This document shows positions 15,383 through 23,715 of a stretch of 34,587 nucleotides of DNA, piece after piece; within the stretch, counting starts at the first letter, position 1, and every line of letters begins with the position of its first letter. Location: assembly GCA_046294045.1 (NCBI GenBank), contig JBKBIY010000001.1, positions 1-34,587 on the forward strand. Direction: 5' to 3'. The position numbers were made by a program, and so were the translations under genes. The notes under the pieces were generated by a model, which saw only the letters and a program-made list of their open reading frames with translations, ran no database searches and was not told where the DNA came from. Source of the stretch: a bacterium. GTDB taxonomy: Bacteria; DRYD01.

Positions 15383-17149
15383 TCAATAAAACACTCTATT
15401 CCTTCCTTCTTTTTTAGCGGTGTAAAGTAGTTCGTCAGCTTTTTTTATGAGTTCGTCTTTTGAAGAGCAGTCTAATGGAAAGCAGGCAACTCCTATTGAC
15501 GCAGATACCTGGATATCTCCTCTTTTCAAAACTTTATAGCTAGCTCTTATTTCTTCTGCTAAATTTACAGCATCTTCTTTATAAAAGTTTGGTAAAATAA
15601 CAGCAAACTCATCACCACCATACCTGCAAACATACCCCTTACTCCCAACATGCCCAGAAATTATCTTAGCAATACTCTTTAATAACTCGTCACCCATAGG
15701 ATGACCAAAAGTATCATTGTACTGCTTAAACTTATCAGTATCAATCATTAATAAACATACAGGATAACCGTATAATTTTGCGTTTTCTATCTCTTTTGAC
15801 AATAACTCTTGAAAATATCTGTGAGTATACAAACCAGTTAAACCATCTTTTATGGCCATTTCTTTACTTTTTGAATACTCTTGATAAAGTACATACATGA
15901 CAGCAAATTTGTCTGCTAGAATTTCAACAAATTTTACATCCTCTTCACTAAAATTTCTAGTATTTAAACTTGATAAATAAATTACCCCTATCAATTTTTT
16001 ACCTATTTTTATAGGAGAGCAAATAAAACTTCTATCATCTTTAAATAAAGCCAAAGCACTAAAAAGAGTTCCCCCAAAATAGTATACCGACTTCATACTA
16101 TTACAAGCTACCTCAACAGCAGTAGACTTAGTATAAAGATCGCTTTTCCCAATTCCTCTATTAAAAACTGGTTTTAAATTACTAACTTCACCCTCCGATA
16201 TAAAAATAATAAACCTAGAAAAATTTAAAGATTTAGAAAGCACAGCATAAATCCCACTATACAAATCTTCATAATCTGGATTATCATCCAGCTTTGAATA
16301 AAACTCTCCCAAATACCTAAGCCAATTACTTAATTTTTCACTGTTAACCTCTAAATCTTTTATTTTCTTATCCAAAAAATTAATCTCGTATTTATTTATA
16401 ACTTCGGAAATATTCACCTTTAAAAAATTTTCAGCTGTATTATAAACGATATAATTGTAAATAATCCTAAAAAAAAGCAACACAGCAAAATATATCACTT
16501 GAAAAACAACCAAGTAAGATAATATATCATCCACTTTAGCAAAGATATAATAAAAATAAAAAATTACAACAAATATACTTAGTAAAAAATATTCAAAAAA
16601 TCCAAATCTATAAGGTAAAATACCCTTATCCGTTTTCACATAAGATTGTGTAAACATCAAAACACTCTCTCTGGCATCTTCGTCTAAAAAATCTTTTTCC
16701 TTTAAAACATTATCAAAATAAGAAGAAAACCTATAAATCAAATCTTTTTCAAGTAAAGAAACTATAAAACCCATTCCTAAAAGAGTATAAAAATATCCAA
16801 AAACAAGAAAAAAGATAACAAAGATTAAAAAAGATTTGGTGTTCATTAGAGAAAGTAAGAATAAAAAACTAACAACAAAAAAAACAAATAGAAACTTTGA
16901 AAAAATATTATATAACTTTACTCTGGTATTAGCATCAAAATTAATAGTAAACTCTTTTAAAATAAATGTAATAAGCGAAGAAATCAAAATAATCAAAAAA
17001 ATAGACAAATCACTTATCCCCTTAATAAATAAATAAAAGGGGAAAAATGTAAAAAAAATGGGAATTAAATCAATTCTCTGCCTATAGTATATTAATATTA
17101 ATTCCAATACAAATCCCAAAACTAAAAATACTGCTATTGCCGCATCCAT
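15383..17149 (-). CDS. Membrane-anchored GAF-GGDEF diguanylate cyclase
   Basis: 588 aa. About 7-8 N-terminal TM helices are followed by a middle GAF-like region, then a GGDEF domain (DGLTGLYTHRYF, FKQYNDTFGHPMGD, RYGGDEFAVIL, LYTAKKEGRNRV). Confidence 0.9.
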   Translation of the reverse strand: MDAAIAVFLVLGFVLELILIYYRQRIDLIPIFFTFFPFYLFIKGISDLSIFLIILISSLITFILKEFTINFDANTRVKLYNIFSKFLFVFFVVSFLFLLSLMNTKSFLIFVIFFLVFGYFYTLLGMGFIVSLLEKDLIYRFSSYFDNVLKEKDFLDEDARESVLMFTQSYVKTDKGILPYRFGFFEYFLLSIFVVIFYFYYIFAKVDDILSYLVVFQVIYFAVLLFFRIIYNYIVYNTAENFLKVNISEVINKYEINFLDKKIKDLEVNSEKLSNWLRYLGEFYSKLDDNPDYEDLYSGIYAVLSKSLNFSRFIIFISEGEVSNLKPVFNRGIGKSDLYTKSTAVEVACNSMKSVYYFGGTLFSALALFKDDRSFICSPIKIGKKLIGVIYLSSLNTRNFSEEDVKFVEILADKFAVMYVLYQEYSKSKEMAIKDGLTGLYTHRYFQELLSKEIENAKLYGYPVCLLMIDTDKFKQYNDTFGHPMGDELLKSIAKIISGHVGSKGYVCRYGGDEFAVILPNFYKEDAVNLAEEIRASYKVLKRGDIQVSASIGVACFPLDCSSKDELIKKADELLYTAKKEGRNRVFY

Positions 17150-17173
17150 ATCAAACTAAAAATTAAAACCTTT

Positions 17174-17213
17174 TATCATTTTTTATTTTTCAATATCATT
17201 TTTTATTTTTCAA
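17174..17213. repeat. Perfect 20-nt tandem duplication (ATCATTTTTTATTTTTCAAT x2)
   Basis: Read from the sequence. It spans the stop codon of ORF 17203-18057 and part of the 53-nt spacer before the cyclase start. Coordinates may be off by 1, because my count and the ORF track disagree by 1 nt in this T-run. Confidence 0.75.
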
Positions 17214-18057
17214 TTTTGTAATAAACTGGATAATAACAAGCACCTAAAGGCTGAGTTAAAAAATCCTTTATAAATATTTCACTGCTAAAAATAACATTAT
17301 TATCATAAGGCTTAAATACACCACCACCTGTGTAAATAAAATCCCCCTGTTTACTGGAAATATAATAAATTGGTATAGATGGACCACCCCTAGCAGAAAA
17401 GCTAATACCTTTTACTTGCCTATTCAAAACAAAATGATAAAAAACCTTGTAAGTACCCTTTAAAAGCATATTTGTTTCTATCCCATCTAAAGGAATATCC
17501 CCTACTACCAAATAATCCAAATCATTAGGCAAATAAGTAACTATTCTACCCATACCAAATATGCCTTTAACATGCTTATTATCAAGCGGTAATATATACC
17601 TATAATTAACTTCACCGATCCAAGATTCAAAATCTATCCTAGTGTTTGAAAAAACCCAAAAATATCCAGAAATTAAATATTTAGAAGGAAAATTAACTTC
17701 AAAAACTTTTTCATCCTCAATATATAATTTTTGAGGATTAAAATTCTTAAAAATTTCCGCTCCTACTTCGTTACCAACCCTAAAATAATTATCACGCGAA
17801 GATGAAAAATAATAACTTATATAAGCTTCACTCTTACCACTAAACCTAATATATAACCTCTTATCTTCAAAAGTATCATTAAGATGATAAAAATATATCA
17901 AAGTTGGAGTAAATGGTGAAACGGTACCACTAATTAAATATCCATTACTCTTTACATACTCCGGAGAATTAGAAAAAAATAATAAAACAGGTTCAAAACT
18001 ATAACTCTTATAAACTAAAAAAATAAACAAAAACAACCACACAATTAATTTCCTCAT
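17203..18057 (-). CDS. Hypothetical secreted protein (signal peptide, beta-rich)
   Basis: 284 aa. Signal peptide MRKLIVWLFLFIFLVYKSYS, then an aromatic-rich sequence with alternating polarity and no further hydrophobic helices. The ATGA overlap places its start inside the holB stop. Confidence 0.6.
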   Translation of the reverse strand: MRKLIVWLFLFIFLVYKSYSFEPVLLFFSNSPEYVKSNGYLISGTVSPFTPTLIYFYHLNDTFEDKRLYIRFSGKSEAYISYYFSSSRDNYFRVGNEVGAEIFKNFNPQKLYIEDEKVFEVNFPSKYLISGYFWVFSNTRIDFESWIGEVNYRYILPLDNKHVKGIFGMGRIVTYLPNDLDYLVVGDIPLDGIETNMLLKGTYKVFYHFVLNRQVKGISFSARGGPSIPIYYISSKQGDFIYTGGGVFKPYDNNVIFSSEIFIKDFLTQPLGACYYPVYYKIEK

Positions 18058-19031
18058 ATGTCTCCTCCCAATAAAACGTATAAATTATATATCAAACTAA
18101 CATATAAAATTTTTTTGTTTACCCTCTTGTAAATATGAATGTTACCTATATTTATATCTTTTATAAAATTCAATAATTGATATAACTTATAATCCACTAT
18201 CCTAAAGCGCATAACCTTATTAAAAAATTCCTCTCTTCCGATAATTTTCAAGAAAATCAAGTTTTTTTCTAAATATTTAGCAAAATCCGGATCATATGTC
18301 TTATTAATAATTCCTAAATAATAGACATCCCTTAAAAAAGATTTTATAAGCAACATTAAAGCTCTATAAGAAATAAAAGAACCAAAGATCTTAACCCAAA
18401 AATCTTCTTCAAAAACTATTTCTATGCTAGGATTAAACAAAAAGTTTAACAATTTTTCAAATACTTTACCAGGTTTTTTCTCTTTTAAATTCCACAAGTT
18501 ATGATTAAAATAATCGATAATATCAAAATTTTGTTCCGAAAAATATACTACAAACTCTGCCCAATTCAAAGAATAACCACAAAACTTTATTAAATACTCT
18601 ACTAACTTGCCAATATCAACATTTACAAAAATTTTTATAGACCTTGATAAAATCGTGGGAATAACGTTAGTGTCAGACTTAAGTAAAATAAAAATACAAT
18701 TACTTGGTGGCTCTTCTAATGTTTTCAACATAGCATTTAAAGAATAAATATTTACATTATCAATGTCTATTACCACAATTCTTAAAGAATCCGAACTCAG
18801 TCTTACATAATTCAAAACATATTTCACCTTTTCCAATGGTATAATATCGTCATCTATTAGAAAAATATACTCTGCTTTATTTAATCCAATTTCTTGTATT
18901 AAGGAAATTTTTAGTTTCTTTGATTTCCCAAAAAGTAAAAACGTACCGCTTTTTATATTTTCAAGATAATTTTGAAATTTACTTTTTAATCCCTTTGACA
19001 AAAAAAAATCAACAGTTGTTTTTCTCTTCAA
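18054..19031 (-). CDS. holB: DNA polymerase III delta-prime subunit
   Basis: 325 aa with a TTG start. Clamp-loader box NAMLKTLEEPPSNCIFILL and sensor motif PTILSRS. The P-loop region is degenerate (LLFGKSKKLK), as expected for delta-prime. Confidence 0.8.
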   Translation of the reverse strand: MKRKTTVDFFLSKGLKSKFQNYLENIKSGTFLLFGKSKKLKISLIQEIGLNKAEYIFLIDDDIIPLEKVKYVLNYVRLSSDSLRIVVIDIDNVNIYSLNAMLKTLEEPPSNCIFILLKSDTNVIPTILSRSIKIFVNVDIGKLVEYLIKFCGYSLNWAEFVVYFSEQNFDIIDYFNHNLWNLKEKKPGKVFEKLLNFLFNPSIEIVFEEDFWVKIFGSFISYRALMLLIKSFLRDVYYLGIINKTYDPDFAKYLEKNLIFLKIIGREEFFNKVMRFRIVDYKLYQLLNFIKDINIGNIHIYKRVNKKILYVSLIYNLYVLLGGDI

Positions 19032-19086
19032 AGCTTTTATTCCCTCTTTAAAACTTTTTTTTCTAAAACCTTTTTTTTACTAATTA

Positions 19087-19956
19087 CTAAATACTTAACC
19101 TTCTTCTCAATATAAATTTGTCATAAATAAAAACGATATTTGCAATGATAATAAAGACTATAAGTAAAGTATGTATAAGTGATTGAGTAAGCATATATTT
19201 AACAGCTTCACTTACTTTATCTGGTTCGGGATTAGATTCCAATATTTCATAATCTGCTGCTCCCTTAAGACCACCAAACAAACCTATCAATTGACCACTT
19301 AAAATATAAGGATACATTTCAGCAGCCATAACAGCGGTACATCCACCTGAAACGTTAACACCATACCTACTTTTAAGTATTCTAATATAATACACCAAAG
19401 TATCCCCAGAAGCTATACAAAATACTAATTTCAAATCATTAGCTGTTCTTACGTTTTCTAAGAAAGGAGCTTTACTATCAGATATTAAAGGAATTGCATC
19501 TTTTAAATCTACTCCCATTTTTTCTATAGCTACCGCTGCCCCAACAACATAACCACCAATTACATAATCTATATTCTCAACTTTCCCATATTCTTGAGCG
19601 ATTTTACGAGTTTTTGTAGCAACTATCTGAGCACCATCCGGCCAAAGAGAAATCGCTATAACCTTTAAATCCTTCCTAAAAGACTGTCTTAAAAAATTCT
19701 CCAAAATCGGATCCGCTTCAACCCTCGTAGAAGGACCATAATCCCCAGATACCAAAACCACACCACCACTAGGAATAGATTCTATAAAATCATAAGCTTG
19801 CTTAGAAGCAGGTGTTATCGTCTTTCTTAATATCTCCAAATTCAGCTTTTTAACCCAGTAAACATCTGAAAAAATTATCCCCATAGATAAAAACATAGCT
19901 ACAAATAAAAATATCGTTCTTCTTGTTATTTTTTTAAATAACTGAATTATAATCAT
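19087..19956 (-). CDS. Uncharacterised bitopic membrane protein (gene C of the three-gene module)
   Basis: 289 aa. N- and C-terminal TM helices flank a domain of about 230 aa (GGVVLVSGDYGPS, KVIAISLWPDG, DYVIGGYVVGAAV, LVFCIASGD, VNVSGGCTAVMAAEMYPYILSGQLIGLFGGLKGAADYE). ATGA overlap with gene B. Confidence 0.6.
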   Translation of the reverse strand: MIIIQLFKKITRRTIFLFVAMFLSMGIIFSDVYWVKKLNLEILRKTITPASKQAYDFIESIPSGGVVLVSGDYGPSTRVEADPILENFLRQSFRKDLKVIAISLWPDGAQIVATKTRKIAQEYGKVENIDYVIGGYVVGAAVAIEKMGVDLKDAIPLISDSKAPFLENVRTANDLKLVFCIASGDTLVYYIRILKSRYGVNVSGGCTAVMAAEMYPYILSGQLIGLFGGLKGAADYEILESNPEPDKVSEAVKYMLTQSLIHTLLIVFIIIANIVFIYDKFILRRRLSI

Positions 19957-20678
19957 TCCGCTTTACCTATATGAGATTTTTCTATTCCAAATAATAATTT
20001 GAAAGATATTATAATTGTACCTATTCCTATAGCTATTAGGATAGCTCTCTGTGCAGCAGCATTTATTACTGCTGTAATATAATCCGAAATTATAGATATT
20101 TTTAAACCAAATATTCCAAAAATATAATCCCCAATAGGTACCCTTCCAAGAATTACTATTGCAGCAGCAATTAACAATAAAGTAGCTTCCAAATTTCTTG
20201 CCCTAAAAGCTCTATATGAGGCAGAAGCAATGAAAAACGCTAACAAAGAAAACATAGCTGCACTCAAGGGATTATATATGCTATAAAATATAACCCTCGT
20301 GAAAATATTACTATCCACAGATTTAAATTCAAAGTTAATCAGTGGCAAAACCATAGATTTATCTAGACTAAAAACTAAAAAATTATCTGTCTTAGGACTA
20401 ACACCATAAAATAAACCTATAGCAGCCGTAATAATAAGAGAAATAATGAGAATAACGTTTGCCACTCTATCATCAAGCGAAGTGATAGGTTCCACAACTT
20501 TTCTTAAACTAACTATTAACAAATTCAAAATACCAAGAATTATAGCGAATGAAGAAATAATTATAACCCAATTTCTTACCACCTGGGTTACTTTACCCGT
20601 AACTTCAGGTAAGAAATAGTTCACAATAATTATTATACCAGTTAAAGCAGTTATAAAAAGTGGTAATTCTCTTTTCAT
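19953..20678 (-). CDS. Uncharacterised polytopic membrane protein (gene B of the three-gene module)
   Basis: 241 aa with about six hydrophobic helices and no sizeable soluble domain. ATGA overlaps at both ends. Confidence 0.6.
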   Translation of the reverse strand: MKRELPLFITALTGIIIIVNYFLPEVTGKVTQVVRNWVIIISSFAIILGILNLLIVSLRKVVEPITSLDDRVANVILIISLIITAAIGLFYGVSPKTDNFLVFSLDKSMVLPLINFEFKSVDSNIFTRVIFYSIYNPLSAAMFSLLAFFIASASYRAFRARNLEATLLLIAAAIVILGRVPIGDYIFGIFGLKISIISDYITAVINAAAQRAILIAIGIGTIIISFKLLFGIEKSHIGKAE

Positions 20679-21532
20679 TTTATCACCATTCCACTAAATA
20701 TTTTATAAATAACATTTATCAAAGGTATTTTTGATACCTTTACAAAAATTTCTCCTATACTAATTAATGATCCCGTAGCGATAGAAAGCATAACAAGAGC
20801 TTTGGAAACATCCTGAGTTCTTAAAGTTATTTTATCAAGTAGATCTTTAGAAAGATAAGCGGAGGCGGCAAATAATTCCTCTCCTATTAAAACATAATCA
20901 CAAGCTGCAATAAAGAAAGGTAATTGAGTTATCATAGCTGTACCTGCTATTTGGATAGCTCCAGCAGCAAAACCTGTCTCAGCAAGTATCAAGGACTCCG
21001 CGTAAAAAGCCCCTATTAAGAAAATAGCTCCCGGTTTTTCCCTTGCTATTATCCCATCAACACCTGCAGCATAACCAAATTGGTCATCCGTTAAATAAAA
21101 AACACTATCACTTCTATAAAGATCACTCCTTCCCGCTCTAAGATAAGATTCTTTTACTACCTCTTGTGCAACAGTCATCAAAACCGATCTACTAACAGGC
21201 ATAATTAAATCTGTTTCATATTCTGCACATCTTTGTGCTACATACCCTAATATGGCTAACGAAGCTAAAGTTTGAATATTGTCAATATCCTGTATACCCG
21301 GAATATAAAGAATAGGTTTTCCCATTTCAGTAGATCTACCAATAGCTTCCTCTATAGAATTTAAAGCAGGTATTTTTCTTATATATACACTCTTTAATTT
21401 GCCTTTTTTTACTAAATACAAATAATACCAAAAAACAAAAGATATAAAAATTAAAAAGAATAGAGCATATCCTAATAAAACGTTCTCTTTATAAGGCACA
21501 ATTACCTTATACCAAAAATAACCCCAATCCAT
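20675..21532 (-). CDS. Uncharacterised membrane protein (gene A of the three-gene module)
   Basis: 285 aa. An N-terminal TM helix is followed by an alpha/beta-like region (GKPILYIPG, DLIMPVS, DDQFGYAAG, GAIFLIGAFYAES) and Gly/Ala-rich hydrophobic C-terminal segments. No family recognised. Confidence 0.6.
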   Translation of the reverse strand: MDWGYFWYKVIVPYKENVLLGYALFFLIFISFVFWYYLYLVKKGKLKSVYIRKIPALNSIEEAIGRSTEMGKPILYIPGIQDIDNIQTLASLAILGYVAQRCAEYETDLIMPVSRSVLMTVAQEVVKESYLRAGRSDLYRSDSVFYLTDDQFGYAAGVDGIIAREKPGAIFLIGAFYAESLILAETGFAAGAIQIAGTAMITQLPFFIAACDYVLIGEELFAASAYLSKDLLDKITLRTQDVSKALVMLSIATGSLISIGEIFVKVSKIPLINVIYKIFSGMVIK

Positions 21533-21595
21533 ATTATATTTACCTATTTTGCTATACTTTAAAAATCTCCTCCTTGAAGCTAATAAAGAAACTTA

Positions 21596-22270
21596 TTAAT
21601 CAATCAGAAAGGAAGGATCCAATTTCATTACCTCATGGTTATAAAAAGGTTCTGCGTATTGAGTTCTAGCAAGTAATCCCCAGTAACGAGCAATAGATTT
21701 AATATAATCTTCAACATCCCTAGAAACAAATTGACTTTCATAAGCCCTACAAGCCTCTATTTTTTTATCAATAAAATCACTAATATCCACCACAAACGAC
21801 GGAGTTATATTAATCCTTAGGTGATTAGAAAAAAATCTAATAATTTTGCGCGGATACCAACTTTCTCCTTCTAATGATATCTTAGTTAATTTAGCATAAA
21901 ACCTTGCAGCATAAGAAACATTAAAAGCCTGCCAATGATCAGGATGAGCATCTAATTCATAATGACAAAAAATCACCTCAGGTTTATACTTCCTTATAAC
22001 ATTTGCCACTTTAAACCTACTTTCAATACTATCAAAAAGGAATCTGTTTTTAAGATCAAGAGTTATTCTTTCAACAATTCCAAGTATTTCTGCGGCTTTT
22101 TTTGATTCTTTTATTCTTTTTTCAACTGTTCCATGAGGTGTAGGCTCTCCGTTAGTAAGATCCAAAATCATAACTTTATATCCTTTGTTAACTAGGTAGG
22201 CAATGGTGCCGCCCATAGCTATTTCGCAATCATCTGGGTGAGCTCCGATACACAAGAAATCAATTTTCAT
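21596..22270 (-). CDS. PIG-L/LmbE-family N-acetylglucosaminyl deacetylase (BshB-like)
   Basis: 224 aa from MKIDFLCIGAHPDDCEIAMGG (AHPDD motif), plus HPDH. I trimmed the track ORF (to 22327) because its first 19 codons read through the tRNA-Arg gene. Confidence 0.85.
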   Translation of the reverse strand: MKIDFLCIGAHPDDCEIAMGGTIAYLVNKGYKVMILDLTNGEPTPHGTVEKRIKESKKAAEILGIVERITLDLKNRFLFDSIESRFKVANVIRKYKPEVIFCHYELDAHPDHWQAFNVSYAARFYAKLTKISLEGESWYPRKIIRFFSNHLRINITPSFVVDISDFIDKKIEACRAYESQFVSRDVEDYIKSIARYWGLLARTQYAEPFYNHEVMKLDPSFLID

Positions 22271-22279
22271 ATTAAAAAT

Positions 22280-22354
22280 CGCGCCCGGCAGGACTCGAAC
22301 CTGCGACCCTGGGATTAGAAATCCCATGCTCTGATCCTACTGAGCTACGGGCGC
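22280..22354 (-). tRNA. tRNA-Arg (anticodon UCU)
   Basis: The reverse complement folds by hand into a cloverleaf: GCGCCCG/TA/GCTC-AGTAGGATCA-GAGC/A/TGGGA-TTTCTAA-TCCCA/GGGTC/GCAGG-TTCGAGT-CCTGC/CGGGCGC + G. CCA is not encoded. Confidence 0.9.
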
Positions 22355-22392
22355 TTATATTCTATACTTCTACATCCTAATAACTTCCCCTC

Positions 22393-23679
22393 CTACTCTA
22401 ATCCCTCCCCCTCAACAAAATTTAAATCCCTCCCAAAAGTCTCCTTAACAAAAATCAACGCCATAAAAGCTAAACCAAAAAACCAAAGAGTAAATATAAC
22501 AGCAGAATTAATAAACCCTATAGAAGATTTAAACATTATAAAAAGTGAGGTTATCACAAAAACTGAACCCCTTACAAAATTAGGTAAAGTATTAACAACC
22601 GTTGACCTGATATTAGTACCAAAATTTTCCGCACCAATCAATAAAAATAAAATCCAATAACCCGAAACCAATCCCAACAAAAAATTATAAAAATAAAAAG
22701 TGTAAACATTAAAATTCAAAAATAAATACATCAAAATAACCACAACAGAGAAAATATAAAATACTGCTACCGCTTTTCGTCTACTTCTAAACTTTTGAGT
22801 CAAAATACCAGCTATCACATCCCCCAAGCTTACACCTAAATAAGCTAACATTATACTATTAGCAGCAATTATTTTATCCTTAAAACCTAAAGACTGGGCA
22901 ACCTCAGGAGAAAAAGTTATCAAAATAGAAAAAACAAACCAAATAGGTAACCCTAACAGAAAAACCAAAAAATACCTCATAAACCTTTCAAAATTACCAA
23001 ACAAAATGAAAATATTTCCTTTAGATACTTTCTTTTCTTGCAAAATGAAAATATTGCTTTCGACTGTTTTTGATATAAAAAATAAAAGTATCAAACCCAA
23101 AATCCCGCCGATTATATACATCGTACGCCAGTGGAAAAGATGAGATATCAAAGAAGCTACAACGGCACCAAGTAAACCAAACCCTGCCATCAAAGCATTA
23201 GCAAATCCTCTTTTTTCCTTATCAACTCTCTCAGAAATCAAAGTTACAGCAGCACCTATCTCCCCAGCTAACCCCATCCCCACAAAAAACCTCAAAACAC
23301 CATACCAAAAAATATCATAAACAAAAGCGTTCAAAATATTACCCACAGAAAACATAAAAATTGAAGCAAATAAAATAAACTTTCTACCTACCTTGTCACC
23401 TAATACCCCCCAAAATATCCCCCCCACCATCATACCTATCATCTGTAAGTTAAGTAACAAAGCACCCATAGACATAAAATCATAAAATCCTAAACTTCTT
23501 AACAAATCCCCTAACAAACCTAAACTACTAAGAAAATTATTTATCTTAGCAGGATCATTATAACCCAAATCAGTTAAACTCTGAACTCTAAGAATACCAA
23601 AAAGAGATAAGTCAAATATATCCACAAAATAACCAAAAGCAGCAACAAAGATGGTAAAATTTACTAATCTCTTATCCAT
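22393..23679 (-). CDS. MFS transporter
   Basis: About 12 TM helices and the MFS motif-A-like GVLGDKVGRKFILF between TM2 and TM3. I prefer the ATG at 23679 (MDKRLV) over the TTG at 23715 used by the track, which abuts the ssb stop. The start remains uncertain. Confidence 0.85.
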   Translation of the reverse strand: MDKRLVNFTIFVAAFGYFVDIFDLSLFGILRVQSLTDLGYNDPAKINNFLSSLGLLGDLLRSLGFYDFMSMGALLLNLQMIGMMVGGIFWGVLGDKVGRKFILFASIFMFSVGNILNAFVYDIFWYGVLRFFVGMGLAGEIGAAVTLISERVDKEKRGFANALMAGFGLLGAVVASLISHLFHWRTMYIIGGILGLILLFFISKTVESNIFILQEKKVSKGNIFILFGNFERFMRYFLVFLLGLPIWFVFSILITFSPEVAQSLGFKDKIIAANSIMLAYLGVSLGDVIAGILTQKFRSRRKAVAVFYIFSVVVILMYLFLNFNVYTFYFYNFLLGLVSGYWILFLLIGAENFGTNIRSTVVNTLPNFVRGSVFVITSLFIMFKSSIGFINSAVIFTLWFFGLAFMALIFVKETFGRDLNFVEGEGLE

Positions 23680-23715
23680 AAATAAAAAAATTAACCAATT
23701 TTCATCAAAAATCAA

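Noticed and set aside
16836-17036. Plus-strand 66-aa ORF inside the cyclase gene
   Set aside because: It is antisense to the TM region of the GGDEF protein. Its Lys/Asn-rich composition comes from an A-rich strand.
22271-22327. N-terminal extension of the PIG-L ORF (MGFLIPGSQVRVLPGAIFN) in the six-frame track
   Set aside because: These codons are the translation of the tRNA-Arg gene body (acceptor/T-arm). The conserved AHPDD motif follows the internal ATG at 22270, so the extension is an artefact.
23680-23715. TTG-initiated 12-codon extension of the MFS gene abutting the ssb stop; also the TTG extension of WecG/TagA at 26556-26567
   Set aside because: In both cases an in-frame ATG lies just downstream and the extensions add no conserved residues. 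They are kept only as alternatives, since neither start has a clear SD.
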